Source: a virus. Taken from it: a stretch of 64,000 nt of DNA. Shown here one piece after another: positions 17,175 to 28,900 of the stretch. Within the stretch, counting starts at the first letter, position 1. The number at the start of each line of letters is the position of its first letter. The stretch spans positions 5,459 to 69,458 of the IMG/VR virus record IMGVR_UViG_3300032252_000001. One strand, 5' to 3'. Below the pieces are notes generated by a model. The model saw nothing but the letters and a program-made list of their open reading frames with translations, ran no database searches and was not told the DNA's origin. A program made the position numbers and the translations under genes.

Positions 17175-17590
17175 TGAGAGGCATCAACAAAGTTATTCTG
17201 ATTGGCAATCTGGGCCAAGACCCAGACATGAAATACATGCCAGACGGCACAGCGCTCTGCACGTTTTCTGTAGCGTGTAATGAGAGCTGGAAAGACAAAT
17301 CTACCGGGGAGATGAAAGAGCGAACCGAGTGGGTGAACGTCGATGTCTGGGGTAATAACGCTGAAGCCTGCGGCAAGTTTCTTAGCAAGGGCAAGTCATG
17401 CTATGTCGAAGGCAGCTTGCGCACGGACAAGTGGCAGGACAAAGAAGGCAACGACCGTTACACGACCAAGGTAAAAGCCAACACCGTCATGTTCCTTGGT
17501 GGCGGGAAAGGTCAGGGTCAAGAGCCAAACCAGCCGACACCCAAGAGGGACGAGCCTCAGCCAGACTTTGACGACGACATTCCATTCTAG
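17174..17590 (+). CDS. ssb: single-stranded DNA-binding protein
   Basis: INKVILIGNLGQDP...TEW...VEGSLRT; acidic tail DFDDDIPF. Confidence 0.96.
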   Translation: MRGINKVILIGNLGQDPDMKYMPDGTALCTFSVACNESWKDKSTGEMKERTEWVNVDVWGNNAEACGKFLSKGKSCYVEGSLRTDKWQDKEGNDRYTTKVKANTVMFLGGGKGQGQEPNQPTPKRDEPQPDFDDDIPF

Positions 17591-17593
17591 GGC

Positions 17594-17645
17594 ATCACAC
17601 CGGGTGATAATAAATTACCACTCAGTGTGAAAAGTGTGTTATAAT
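17594..17645 (+). promoter_or_regulatory. two 17-bp boxes and an extended -10 element
   Basis: Boxes at 17594 and 17615; TGnTATAAT ending at 17645. Confidence 0.65.
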
Positions 17646-17682
17646 GTCTTCATCCCAAAGGGATTTTTTCTTGGAGAAGACA

Positions 17683-17955
17683 ATGGAATTTCAGCTAAAA
17701 TCATACAAAACAGAGCATGGCATCAAGACCGTTTTGGTTGGAGAACCGGGACGTAAGCTGCTACCGATATTGATGATGGACAACGGGCTGGTGCTGAGGA
17801 AGGTGCCAAAGACAGAAGAGCGCTACTTGTCTGAAGTTGTCGAAGACAAGAAGCGCCGCAGCCTAATGCCAGTCCTTAATCAGTTTGCCTCATACGGCAA
17901 GCGCAATGGATCGAGCAAAGCCGCGAAACAATTCATCAGGCAGTGCCGGTCATAA
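17683..17955 (+). CDS. hypothetical basic protein
   Basis: GGAG RBS, 90-aa ORF. Confidence 0.65.
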   Translation: MEFQLKSYKTEHGIKTVLVGEPGRKLLPILMMDNGLVLRKVPKTEERYLSEVVEDKKRRSLMPVLNQFASYGKRNGSSKAAKQFIRQCRS

Positions 17956-17977
17956 CAATAGCCAACAAAGGTGCTGT

Positions 17978-18157
17978 ATGGCTGACTTCATTCACATGAG
18001 CAATATCATTCAGGGCGAAGTGATCCGCATCAGGGAGCGCCGCCCTCTTGACCAGCAATACGACGATCTGAGCGCTCTTGAGTCTTTCCTGAGAGATCAG
18101 GCACAAGCTGTACTGCTGGAAAAGATCAGGGTCAAAGACCTCACACGAGATACCTGA
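17978..18157 (+). CDS. small hypothetical protein
   Basis: MADFIHMSNII..., helical. Confidence 0.5.
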   Translation: MADFIHMSNIIQGEVIRIRERRPLDQQYDDLSALESFLRDQAQAVLLEKIRVKDLTRDT

Positions 18158-18216
18158 TCACTTGACACTGGTAAAACTTTCACACACAGTGTGAATATGA
18201 ACACGCGGTATGTGAA
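18158..18216 (+). promoter_or_regulatory. cluster of 17-bp boxes with TTGACA
   Basis: Palindrome TTCACAC-ACA-GTGTGAA at 18179; degenerate boxes at 18158 and 18200. Confidence 0.55.
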
Positions 18217-18344
18217 AACTTTAGCTGCAACTGAGAAGGTCGTGCATGTCGCGTACCGGTGCGGGTGTGTGTGTACGTTTCACGTGGAACGAAATCACAT
18301 GCCACGAACACAGTGCGCTACTCATGGGGATGGTCAAGCCAGCT

Positions 18345-18683
18345 TCACTGAGGAATATCAGCGTCGGCCTGTGGCTGCGTAAGTTCTTTTGACTTCGCCC
18401 TATCAGCGTTCGCAGTATCCAAGCTGTCGAACAGGGCGAAAACCAAGTCAAACACGTCATCCACGGTAAATTGATCTGGCAATGCGGGTGGGTATGGAAG
18501 GGGGTTTGTCAGTGTTTCAGGGAGAGGCTTAGTCACCTCAACCTGCTCAACTACCGTCTGTGTCTTCGTTATTACTCTCACCTCTGGACCGCTGCCGCAG
18601 CTGGTCAGCAGTATTAGGACAGAAACGGTGGACATCCAGAGCAGCAAGCTCAGCGCAGTCCTGATTATCAGCTTGTTCATCAT
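18345..18683 (-). CDS. o-spanin (Rz1-like lipoprotein)
   Basis: Lipobox LLTS-C, Pro-rich, overlaps the 3' end of the Rz-like gene. Confidence 0.75.
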   Translation of the reverse strand: MMNKLIIRTALSLLLWMSTVSVLILLTSCGSGPEVRVITKTQTVVEQVEVTKPLPETLTNPLPYPPALPDQFTVDDVFDLVFALFDSLDTANADRAKSKELTQPQADADIPQ

Positions 18684-18987
18684 CTCGTATTTCCCGTAGT
18701 CGGTCAGCCTCTGCACGTGCCCTCAGCAGCTCCTGCTCACGCTCAGTCAGGATTCTCTCACGCTCTGCGGCATCCGCTCGCCTTTCTTCTACCATCGTCG
18801 CTATGCGGCTCTCAAGAGCTGTGATGGTGTCTGCGTTGGAGCTATTGGCATCGACACACTCCAGCGTCTCAGATGCCTGCCTCTCCAGCTTAACCTCAAG
18901 CTCTCCGTTGCGCTCCAGCGCCCCCTTGAGCATCAGGCCCAGCACGGCGATGATTGCTGCACCGCCACCAAGGATATATGGATTCAT
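18547..18987 (-). CDS. i-spanin (Rz-like)
   Basis: N-terminal TM helix, long coiled coil, C-terminal Cys residues; in lysis cassette. Confidence 0.75.
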   Translation of the reverse strand: MNPYILGGGAAIIAVLGLMLKGALERNGELEVKLERQASETLECVDANSSNADTITALESRIATMVEERRADAAERERILTEREQELLRARAEADRLREIRDDEQADNQDCAELAALDVHRFCPNTADQLRQRSRGESNNEDTDGS

Positions 18988-19247
18988 TCGTCGTGTAACT
19001 CCAGCTGCTTTCTCAGTGCGGCCAGCTCGCGCTCAACCGCCGACAAACGACTGTCGATATTCGACAGCTTCAATCGATCTGCCTGACGAGTCTGGCGCAT
19101 AAAGCTGATCTCAGCTTTCAGCTCAGCAATAGCAACAGCCGTCTGCTGCGTAGTGCTGCCAACCCAGACCAATAATGCGGTCACAAGCAAGGCCAGCACA
19201 GTTTGCGTGTGGCGCTCCCATGTTACCTTGTCCCTACCATCTGTCAC
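18984..19247 (-). CDS. single-TM coiled-coil protein of the lysis cassette
   Basis: VLALLVTALLVWVG TM helix. Confidence 0.65.
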   Translation of the reverse strand: MTDGRDKVTWERHTQTVLALLVTALLVWVGSTTQQTAVAIAELKAEISFMRQTRQADRLKLSNIDSRLSAVERELAALRKQLELHDE

Positions 19248-19534
19248 TTACCACCGTCCTTGTCAGGCTGCCCCCAGTAGCTCTCGACCAGCTCTTTCAG
19301 AACCTTCGTTAATATACCAAGGATGATCGCCGGGAATCCTGCAATCGCCCCTGCTGCGACTGAGCCAACAATTGGGTCCTGCGGCAGCACATTCCAATCA
19401 AACGCAATGAACCACGTCACTACGAACTTCCACGCATAAATGAAGAACGTGAAATACGTCACCAGAACAATACGCGGCACCACGCGGTACGCATTGATCA
19501 TCTCCGCGTAGAAGCGACAGCGCTGCTCGTTCAT
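19244..19534 (-). CDS. putative holin
   Basis: 96 aa with two TM segments, directly after the endolysin. Confidence 0.6.
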   Translation of the reverse strand: MNEQRCRFYAEMINAYRVVPRIVLVTYFTFFIYAWKFVVTWFIAFDWNVLPQDPIVGSVAAGAIAGFPAIILGILTKVLKELVESYWGQPDKDGGK

Positions 19535-19968
19535 TGAAACGGCCCCTTGTACTCGAAGTGGGGCAGGTCATCGAAGTTCTGGTCATCGAGGATGATCTGG
19601 TCCTCATCCCAGTTACCGCCCCAGCGGATGTCGAAGCCAAGCGTGCGACCGATACCGATCACCAGCCCAGCCATGTAGATGAAACGCTTCGCGTCGTTCC
19701 AGTCAATCGGGTAAGGCGCTACGTCTACCGCAGTGGATAGCCAGTCTTCCATCTCGTTACCAGCACGATCATGCGGTGGGTTGTGCTTCGACTCACCCGG
19801 CCCGACCTTCGTCTTGCCCTGCCGTAGCAGCTCAGCCTGACGCTCCCATGAGCGGCGACCTTCGAGGATCGAGATATCGAACTCCTTGACCACGATCTCC
19901 ATGACCTTCACCAGCTCAGGACATACAGTGTCCAGCTGCGCTCGTGAGTCTGTTCCAAATGACGGCAT
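19531..19968 (-). CDS. endolysin, peptidase M15 (L-Ala-D-Glu peptidase) family
   Basis: EGRRS..RQ, SKHN...AVDVAP, IRWGGNW, DLPHFE. Confidence 0.92.
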   Translation of the reverse strand: MPSFGTDSRAQLDTVCPELVKVMEIVVKEFDISILEGRRSWERQAELLRQGKTKVGPGESKHNPPHDRAGNEMEDWLSTAVDVAPYPIDWNDAKRFIYMAGLVIGIGRTLGFDIRWGGNWDEDQIILDDQNFDDLPHFEYKGPFQ

Positions 19969-22900
19969 TAGGCTTGCTCCCTCGGTTTATAGTTTGCTGC
20001 CTTGGATAAACGATCCAGTTGAGCCGGTGACAGATTATTCACGCCAGCCAACAGCTCGCTCGTCTGCGGTGCCCTTACGCGCAGCTCTTCATTAGCCTCT
20101 GGCGATGTCGAGTTGTAGTTATCAATCAACGTATCGATATTGTTCGATTGAGGCTTGTCGTCTTTGTTCGCGGCTGGCCTGTTCTCATAGGCTTCCTTAA
20201 ATATCTCGTTCTTGTCCAGCTGCAACTCGTCAAGCTCTTTGCGCTTTTGCTTCCGATTCTTATCGGGGTCCATGCGAACTTCTCTAATCTCCTTGTTGAT
20301 GCCAGAGATTTCACGCTTGTAAGACTCAAGCTCTTTTGCACGATCAACGTAATCGCCGTAGTACTCTTCCAATTCATCAAACCGTGGATCATCTTCACCA
20401 CGTTTTGCCTTGTTCATCGAGCCAAGAATCTCAACAGCGGTATTCGCCTCGCGATAGAACTCTTCCTCGTAGCGGGTACGTCGCGGCCTGTCACCACGGT
20501 AGATGCGGCCCAGTACCGGAAGATCGGATAAATCCCAATCAGGCGCAACCGGATAGTCCATAAGGTGGCGCATACCAACGTCTGAGATATTCAAAAGCAT
20601 CCGTCCTATCGTTCCGGTGTAGCCGTTCCACGCATGTTCCAGCTGCTTCGGTGACTTGATGTCTCCGTACCACTTGGTATTAACGCCCTCGGGGAAGAGT
20701 GCAGACAGCGCCCGCATCGTTTCACTGGTGTAGACCGAATGACGATCTTCCGGCAGCATGTTCCGTTCATACGGAGACTCGATGCTGCGCTTGCGGAAGA
20801 AGTCGTAGTTCGCTGCGATCTCTATTGCAGGCTTTGCAATCTGAGGTATTGGGTTCATGTTGAATGTCTCCAACATCATGTGCCCAAGCCTGCGCATCAG
20901 GAACTTGCCAGCGTCTGTCTCATCGCTATAGATCGCTTCCATGATCCGCTCTGGCAGCGTATTGAAGATGGCACCCACCTCGAATCCCTTCGGCAAACGG
21001 AAGTGCTGATCGCCTATCCACCAGTGGAAGTATGCGTCTTTGTCCCAGTCTTCCAGCTCATCGTAACGCGGGTCGTCGCGGTAACGCAGCCACAGCGCTA
21101 TACCTGCGACACCAATCAACATACCCTTCGCAAAGAATGCTTTGGGGTTCTCCGCAGCACCTCGACCAAGCCTGTGCAGGCCCTGCAATCGAGCGCCCAT
21201 AAACGGTACTGTCTGAATCAACAGCTGGATTGCTGCCGAATCACCGCTCATCGAAAAGTCCATGATGTCTTTGGCTTCGTAAAGCGCTTCCAAGTCTGAC
21301 TTGCCAGCAGCCTTCGCTGCCTGATAAATAGCAATGCGGTTAGCGTTCTCTGTTGCAGACCCAAGCCGCTTCCATGCGTTGAGCATCTTGCGCGGCGTAT
21401 TCAAAAGCGTCTTCTGGAAACCCGCATCTTTCATCTTCGACTGGATGTACTTATGCGTTGACTTCGGGTCGCCCTGATTGATCAGGCCAGACTCAAATGC
21501 TGCGCCAGACGCAACCATTGCCTTGTACGTGTCACCCTCAGTAATTGCTTCCTTGAACCCTTTCACACCACTCACCATCGGGACGAAATGGTCTCGGCTC
21601 AGAACGTACGCTGACATGGAGTCACGAATGTAGTTCGCCAGCATGAAGCCGGGATCGAGGGTAATGGATGCCGTCAAGAAACGCTTGCTGAAGCGAGCTG
21701 GTTTCATTATGGGGTTTAGCCAAGCCCCGAAGGCTTCCATATTGACAGCAGCCAACGACCTAAATAGCAGCTCATCTTCTGTGCGGTAATACTCTTTCTT
21801 GCCGTCACGGAGTATCGAGATAACGCCAGCACCCACATCCGGCACCGCCGAGAACATGGTTTGCAAACCAAGCTGAACCTGTTCCTCAAGGTCGTCCAGA
21901 TTCATCTCGTTTCGAGCCAGCACCCTCCTGATGTCTTCCATATCGACAGGTGGCTGATTGATCTTCTCTTGCCGCATCAGGCCAGTCGGCACCAGCGTAT
22001 CAACCACATTCCTTGCGGCGTTGTTCTTTATCGACGCATCCATCAAGTTGGTAGCATTTATAAAAATGTTATGAACCAAGTCGCCAACATTCTGGGTGCC
22101 ACCCTTGAGGTGCTTAGCAGCAGGCGAGTTCTGGTTTGCAACACCGTTTGTTTTTGCGAGCGGCCCCACAAGACGGTCATCAGCGATACGATAAAACGGA
22201 ATGTAGTCGGCCTCTTCCCATAGCGGTCGTGTTTCTGGGTTGATAACGCCAGCTTCTTCTGCGAAGTCCAACATCTTTTTGTTGAAGTCAGCATAGTCTT
22301 CAGCAACCTGTTGGAACGATGGGAAGTCATCGCCAAACTTTATTAGCTCTTTAATATCAGCGGGAGTGAAGTTGCGCTCACGCCCAGCATTGATCAGCCG
22401 TTTGATGGCTGTGTTCACATTAACTGGAAGGCCGTTCGCAGGTTCACGTTCCTCTGCAATCTGTGCTTCGGTTTTTCGTAACGAGTCCTTGGCAAGCTGG
22501 TCCTCGAAAGCCTCTTCGGCCTGCATCTTCGAGAGGCCCTCGGACTTCATTCGGCTTTTAACCCATTCTTTTCTTGTGTTCCATGAGGCACCAACCAGAG
22601 ACTCTTCTGTCTCAGCAAACTGATCCACCTTGGTGGCATCAGCCAACAGGTTGAATAGACGCTCATTAGCATCAGCGCCCGGATAGTCACCAGCAGCACG
22701 ATCCAAGATCGCCTTGTCATTTGCCCCAAGTTTCTCGTAGCCCTCCATCAAAAGACGCTTTGCTCGAACACCGGCCATGTACCCGGCCCAGTAGTCAACA
22801 TGATCAGCAACAGGCTCAAGAATCTTCAGTAGACCACGGCCCTCATTAGTAACGACACCGTTACTCCACACCGGATGACCGTACTCAAACACCCCTTTCA

Positions 22901-25900
22901 TAATGGCATCGAGACCGGTGGTCAGCCGCATCAGCTTGTAGCCTTCGCTTGACGAGCCTGTCATATTCAGCGCATACAGAACTCCGTAGAATCTATCGAA
23001 GATGCTAATGTTCATGCTGGCTTTCCATGTTCTGCGCCAGTCATTGAACCTATCCAAGAGACTTGGCTCTTTCGCGCCGATCTTCGACAGTGCGCTCTTC
23101 AGCTGCTTGTTGCTATTGACCTGATACTTGACACCAAGGAAGGGGTTTTGTGGGCGAGAGTGGGCCTTGCGAATCTCGTCATTAAGCGTGATTTGCATTA
23201 CCTTGACACGGCCATCGGTATCGGTTGACTGCGCTTCGAGCCAAGATCGAAGGTGAGTCTCTGCTCTCTCGCGACTTGAAAACACCGTTGGTATGACAAC
23301 ACCGTTGTCTGAGTTCACAATGAACCCATAGTTTTCACCAGTGATCTCATCTATCTTGATGTTTGGGTATTGATCGGTAACGGTCGCTGGAACGGTGTAC
23401 GTTATCCTGCCACCACCGGCATACATGACATCAAGCTCTTTTGTCTTTGTGACCTTTGCCCAGCCCTCTTCTATTTTTAGGCCAAACCGTTTCAGGTAAC
23501 CATTCATTCGCGCCGGAAGCACCATGTCATAGTTGGCCCTGCCGCCCTCGTAGCTTGGGCGAGCAAAGGTGTGCTGGTAATGGCTTGGAGAGGCATGGTC
23601 ATATCTATACGCTGGGCTTCCTGCGTAATAGGTCTTGTTAAACTGGATTGGCCCACCAACGTCCTCTGCGGTAACGGTGCCGCTTGGCGTTGATTCACCC
23701 CCCAGCGTTTTATCACCGTCGTATATTTTTTGCCTGACCTTGTTTGCCTCTTCCTCACTGGCGGCTATCTCAAGGATATTCCCTTCCGTGTCATGAACCA
23801 GCCAGCTTTCAAGTAGCTGCTGCTGGTTGCCAGACCACTTGGTCTTGGAGATGAGTAGCGTTTTATTGCTTGCGGCCTGACCCGAGGTGCGCAGCTTGGT
23901 TGCTATAGCCTCAGCTACATCGCGGCCAACCTGTCGCGCCAAAGAGGGAGAAAAGTAACCCTCATTCTCATTCTCGATTACATCTGGCATGTTGCGATCA
24001 GGGTTGAGTGGCAGCAACCTGTCTTCAGTTATATCAATCCAAAGTGGGTCTTGAAACGTGTCGGCCTTCATAATTATGATGTCGCGCTTTTGGCCACGAA
24101 TACTTTTTTGAACCAGCTCAAACTTCGCTTCATTGGCTGAGTGAACAAAGTACGCAGAGTTTGATGCGGTACGTCCATACCCACCGCGAGAGCCTGACTC
24201 AGAACCCGGTGCCAAATGAATACGCGCATAACCGTTCCGAACGGCCTCTGTGATTGCCCACAGCATCTGTGCTGTGCGCCACTGCTCGTTTTTCTCTATC
24301 AGGTGCTGTTTCTGATAACCGCTTCGTTTATGTGAGTCAATGATGCGCAGGAAGGCGGCTTCCATGTCGTCAAACTCACCGGACTGCATGATCGCATCAA
24401 TGCCATCAAGCGCAGCATCGAACTTCTTGGAATCTTCGGCAACGCCTCTTTTCTTTCTTTCTTCCAGCTCGTCCAGCTCTTTTTGAATCTCCTTACTCGC
24501 ATCACGTGTAATTCCAAAGCTGCGATTATCTGGGAAGACCTCACCAGCGGCTGAGTCAACATCATAATGACTGCCATAGTAATCATAGAGGTAAGCACCA
24601 AAGCCGGTGGTCATCCTCGACCAGCTAAAAACATACAGAGCTTGTCCGTAGTCGCCAGTATCTTCATCAAGAACCTCGTACCAACGCCACCTTGAGCCAA
24701 GTTTTTCTTTCACTATTGCCATTGGGCGATAGTCATTCGGCAGACCATCGCTGCCGAAATTTATTGGAACCCTGAAAGTAAAGACTCCGGGTGATGAGTC
24801 ATTCCACGATTCGGCATAGCGCTCATACCACTGCGGTGTTGGTGTGTCTTCGCTACCACCTTCCTCTTCGTATGATCGCTTTTCAGCAGGCGTAGAGTTT
24901 GCCCATATATCAGCCCAGTCACGCTTCACATATTCTGCAAAGCTCTCAACCCCGTACTTCTCCATAACAGCCAGAGATTCCGCAACAGATAAGCCATTGG
25001 CTCGTTCATCATTCTTATGCTGGAACGGCTCATTCGGGTCGTCGGATACACGAAGATGCGCTGCCTGTATATTTAGTTCGTTACGCCAAACTGACATCCG
25101 GTCGCGCTCATAACTGAAGCGCTGACTAAGCTGCTCTCTTTTCTGGACAATCTTGTTTTCGACCTCCTGCAAGTTTGACTCAGTGGTCTTGGCCCTCATG
25201 AGCTTTTTCAGCTCTGGCAAGAAGTCAGCCTCGAACGCCTCCAGCATTTCATCTGTGCCATAACCCATAACCGACGCTTCGCCAGTGCCGCTTGCATACT
25301 CGACACGTGCCGAGAACTGCCTTGCCCATGGGTTAGCTGCAAAAAGTTTTATCTGATTCCAGATCATCGACGGTTCGATGGCTCGGCCCAAGCTATCAGT
25401 CAGGCGACTAGCTATATCATTGACATCAAGTCTAACTGTTTTTACTTTTTGCTTGGAGATTTCATCAAACCTCTCATTGACCCTTCTCTCGATCTCAAGA
25501 GGGTCAAGGCCAGCAAAGTTTTTCAGGAATGTTGAAAGGCTGCGCTTTGCCAAATCAGGCATGAACGGAATGCGATGACCGGGCATATTGTTTGAATCAG
25601 GACCGCCCAGCTCATTCGAGGTATGAAGTCGGTTCTTTGAAATCACACCATTTTGGTACGCATCATAAATGTTGTAGCCGCCAGTCCTGAGCTTTTCAAT
25701 ATTCTGTTTGAAATCCGTTCTGTTTGACCAGTTCAAAACCTGATCAGCGCGAGATCGGCCAGCCGTCAGAAGCCTGCCAAGAATATTATTCATTGCTCGA
25801 TTGTCATTCCACTCGAACATTCTGGCATCGCCAATGAACCCCATTTTCAGTGGAGATGCCTGAGCAACACGATCCCTCCTTAAGTCATCTTGGTCCTGCT

Positions 25901-28900
25901 GTGGCTGCTCATTATATGAGGCATAATTCAAAAGACCGTCGTCAAGCTCACCTCGCGCCACACCGAGAGCCGTCTCGAAATCATCAACAAAAGGGAACAC
26001 CGTATTGTCCCGGTCATACAGATCAGCAACAAACAGTTGCTTGGCAAGCTCTATGTCTTCATCTTTTAGAAACTCGCCCTTCTCTGGACCGAGAACATCA
26101 TCAAGAAATTCCTGAAACTCATCGTCGTCAATGCGATCCATGGCAAGCTGAAACTCATCAAGGAAAGCACGATCAAGCTCAGATAAATATTCGTTGAGGT
26201 AGCTATTAAACATAGCCTGCAAAGCCCTGCCATCCTCGCTGGCCTGCTTAGCGGCTTCTACCTCTTGTTCTCTGGAAGCGTATCTCTTTGCTCCCCGTTG
26301 TGCGTGATCAGCCTGAGACTCATGCCAATGTAATGCTCGCCCCTGCTTGTCTGGGTTTGGCGCGGTCGGTGCGTTCGTATCAGCATCGTAGTTTTCTGCA
26401 TATCTGACATGACCCCAGACACCAGCGTTTCCCTCATAACCAAAGGAATCGCTTTCGGCTCGATATCTGGCGTAATCAAAGTGATCAGTGGTGACCCCAT
26501 TGGCCGGTGTCTGCCAGAATACTGCGCCCCTGTAAGTGTGAGGGACATTGTAAAGCGGCATCAAAGATGGGTAATAATTTCTTGTCTCGTAATCGGTCTC
26601 TGCCGTGATCCACCTATCAAGGTTCTCGTCATAACCAATGTCTACACCTTGCTCGCGGTCTTTATCCATTTCAGCCCTGATCGCCCTAGCCTGAGCTACT
26701 GGAAGATCGGAGTAGTCATTAAATTGCCCCGGTGGCGGTGAGCCGTATAGTCTCTGGTAGTGAATCCCCCAGTCGAGCGGCACCCGTAATGGTGCGCTTA
26801 CTGAGACTTCATATACTGGCGTTTCAATGCGAGAGGCAAGCCAATCTTTTGGCAGCTGGACCTTCGTCACATCAATGGGCGCATTCTGGATATCGAGAAG
26901 TCTGTTGCGAGCCTTCTCACGTGTCGCCGGATCAGCAGATGCCAAATCTGATAGCGCCTTACCATAGGATTCGGTCAAGGGGTGATTCTCACCCAGTATC
27001 AAATTCAGCGTGGTAAGCACTGGGTTTTGCTGACTCAAAGCGTACCGACCCATGTGAGGAACAAAATCTCCGACATTCAGATTGTTGTTCTGCATCATAA
27101 GTTTTACATCAAGCTGCTCTTCGGTGTAGTTCAGCTCTGACATTGCCATTGTGTCGTTCGCTTCATTAAGCGACTTCATGAACTCGACAAGAGACGCGGC
27201 CTCTTTCTCGGTCATCTGTACACCGGGCTGCTTTAGTTCAGCTACGCGCTTCGCATTGATGCCAAGGCGCTCTGCAAGTCTCTCATCATTTGCTATGGCA
27301 GATGCCATGTCGCCAAAGCGACTTGGCCAGAGCCGTTCCATGAAGCCTGCCGCCTCCAGCTCCATTTCTGATATTGAACCACGAGAGGTTGCAGTTGGTA
27401 GCGCGGCCCTTGCCGCATCCAAAAAGCCTTGGATGCTCGCCACCTCTGGGAACACAGGAATGCGATCCTGATTAAATGCCTCTCCGTACTGGCGCTCACC
27501 AGCCTCGATCTTCGCTTTCTTGGAGCGAATCAGGTTCTCTTTTCTCTGCACCTCTTTCTTGGCTTGAGAGATAACAGACTGCACCTTGCCAGCAAGACCT
27601 CGCTCTTCTTCGCTCATGTTTCCAGTAGCGGCCTCGAACAGAGCCTTCGGGTTATTCTCTCGCTTGAACATACCCATGGCTTTTTTCAGATCGCCACCAG
27701 TAACGCCCTCAGCTTCAAGCCTTGCTTGTTCTTCAGCTTCAAGTCGCTTTGACTCATCCTTGAAATCACCGGGAGTCAGAGGTCTCCAGCCTTCAGGCAT
27801 TGCCTTACCAGTAACCTGCTCATAGGCTTCCGCTAAGGTCGGCACAGGCGGTGCAGGCTGAAGGTCTTCCTCAGTCAGACGCTCTTCTGCCTCACGCTCT
27901 CTGGTGCCGTTCAGCAAAACGTCATGGATAGGCTTTCTGAATATCTCCATGTCGCGCATGTACAGGTTGTGGTTCTGACCTTGGAAGTCTTTGAACTGCC
28001 ACTTCGAGTGACCTTTAACAATGGCATCATGAGATCGAGCAATAATATTCAGAAGGTCCTTATCATTCAGGAACCCTGACCGAGAGCGAATAACAACACC
28101 CGGCTTTCGTTGTTTGCCTTTCTTGTATTTACCTTTTCGGGTGCCTGATGTGCCAACGTAAACAAGACCCTTTTGGTCACCGTTTCCGTAAAGCTCTTTG
28201 CGAGCCTTGTCACGGTAATATTTCGATGGGGAGTTGTACATCCTTCTGCGAGCTGCACGTATCTGAGCGGCCCTGATCTTTCGATCAAACTTGCCCCAGC
28301 CCATTTGGATAAGCTGCTCTTTGAACCATGTGATAAAGCGACGAACAACACTTTGCTGTTCAAGCGTCATGCCCTTCATCTCTGGCTTGCTGAGCAGTTC
28401 CCCAGCGGTCCACGCCATGACCTCTTCACCAAGCAGGGCTTTGTTGGCCCGGTTCAGGTCCTCTCCCTTGTTGATGTCGGTGCGGTAGTTATATCCAAGC
28501 GACCGCAGCGCATCGACAACCTCTGGGAACGCATCAACCATTTCATGCGTCAACTTGATGTACGTCTCGTAGTCTTGTGTTAAACCACGAATACCAAAGT
28601 GCCCAACGGTCTCGTGCATTACCGTGTCTGCAACAACTGTCTGCACATGGTCCTTGGTTAGCTTCTCATCTTCAGCGGCCTCTTCGTTACCAAGATTGTC
28701 GTACCACTTATTCTCGCCACTGTGCTTGAATCGGCCCAGATAAAAATCTGGCATTGGCTTTTCAGTACGCTCTGGCGCAGCAGGCATCTCAAGCTCTTCG
28801 CGCCCCAACAGATTCTTTAACCATCTCTCGTTTTGCAGCAGTTCATACGCCTGACTAGCGGCCCTTTCCCATGACTCATCGGACATATTGTCAGGACGCA

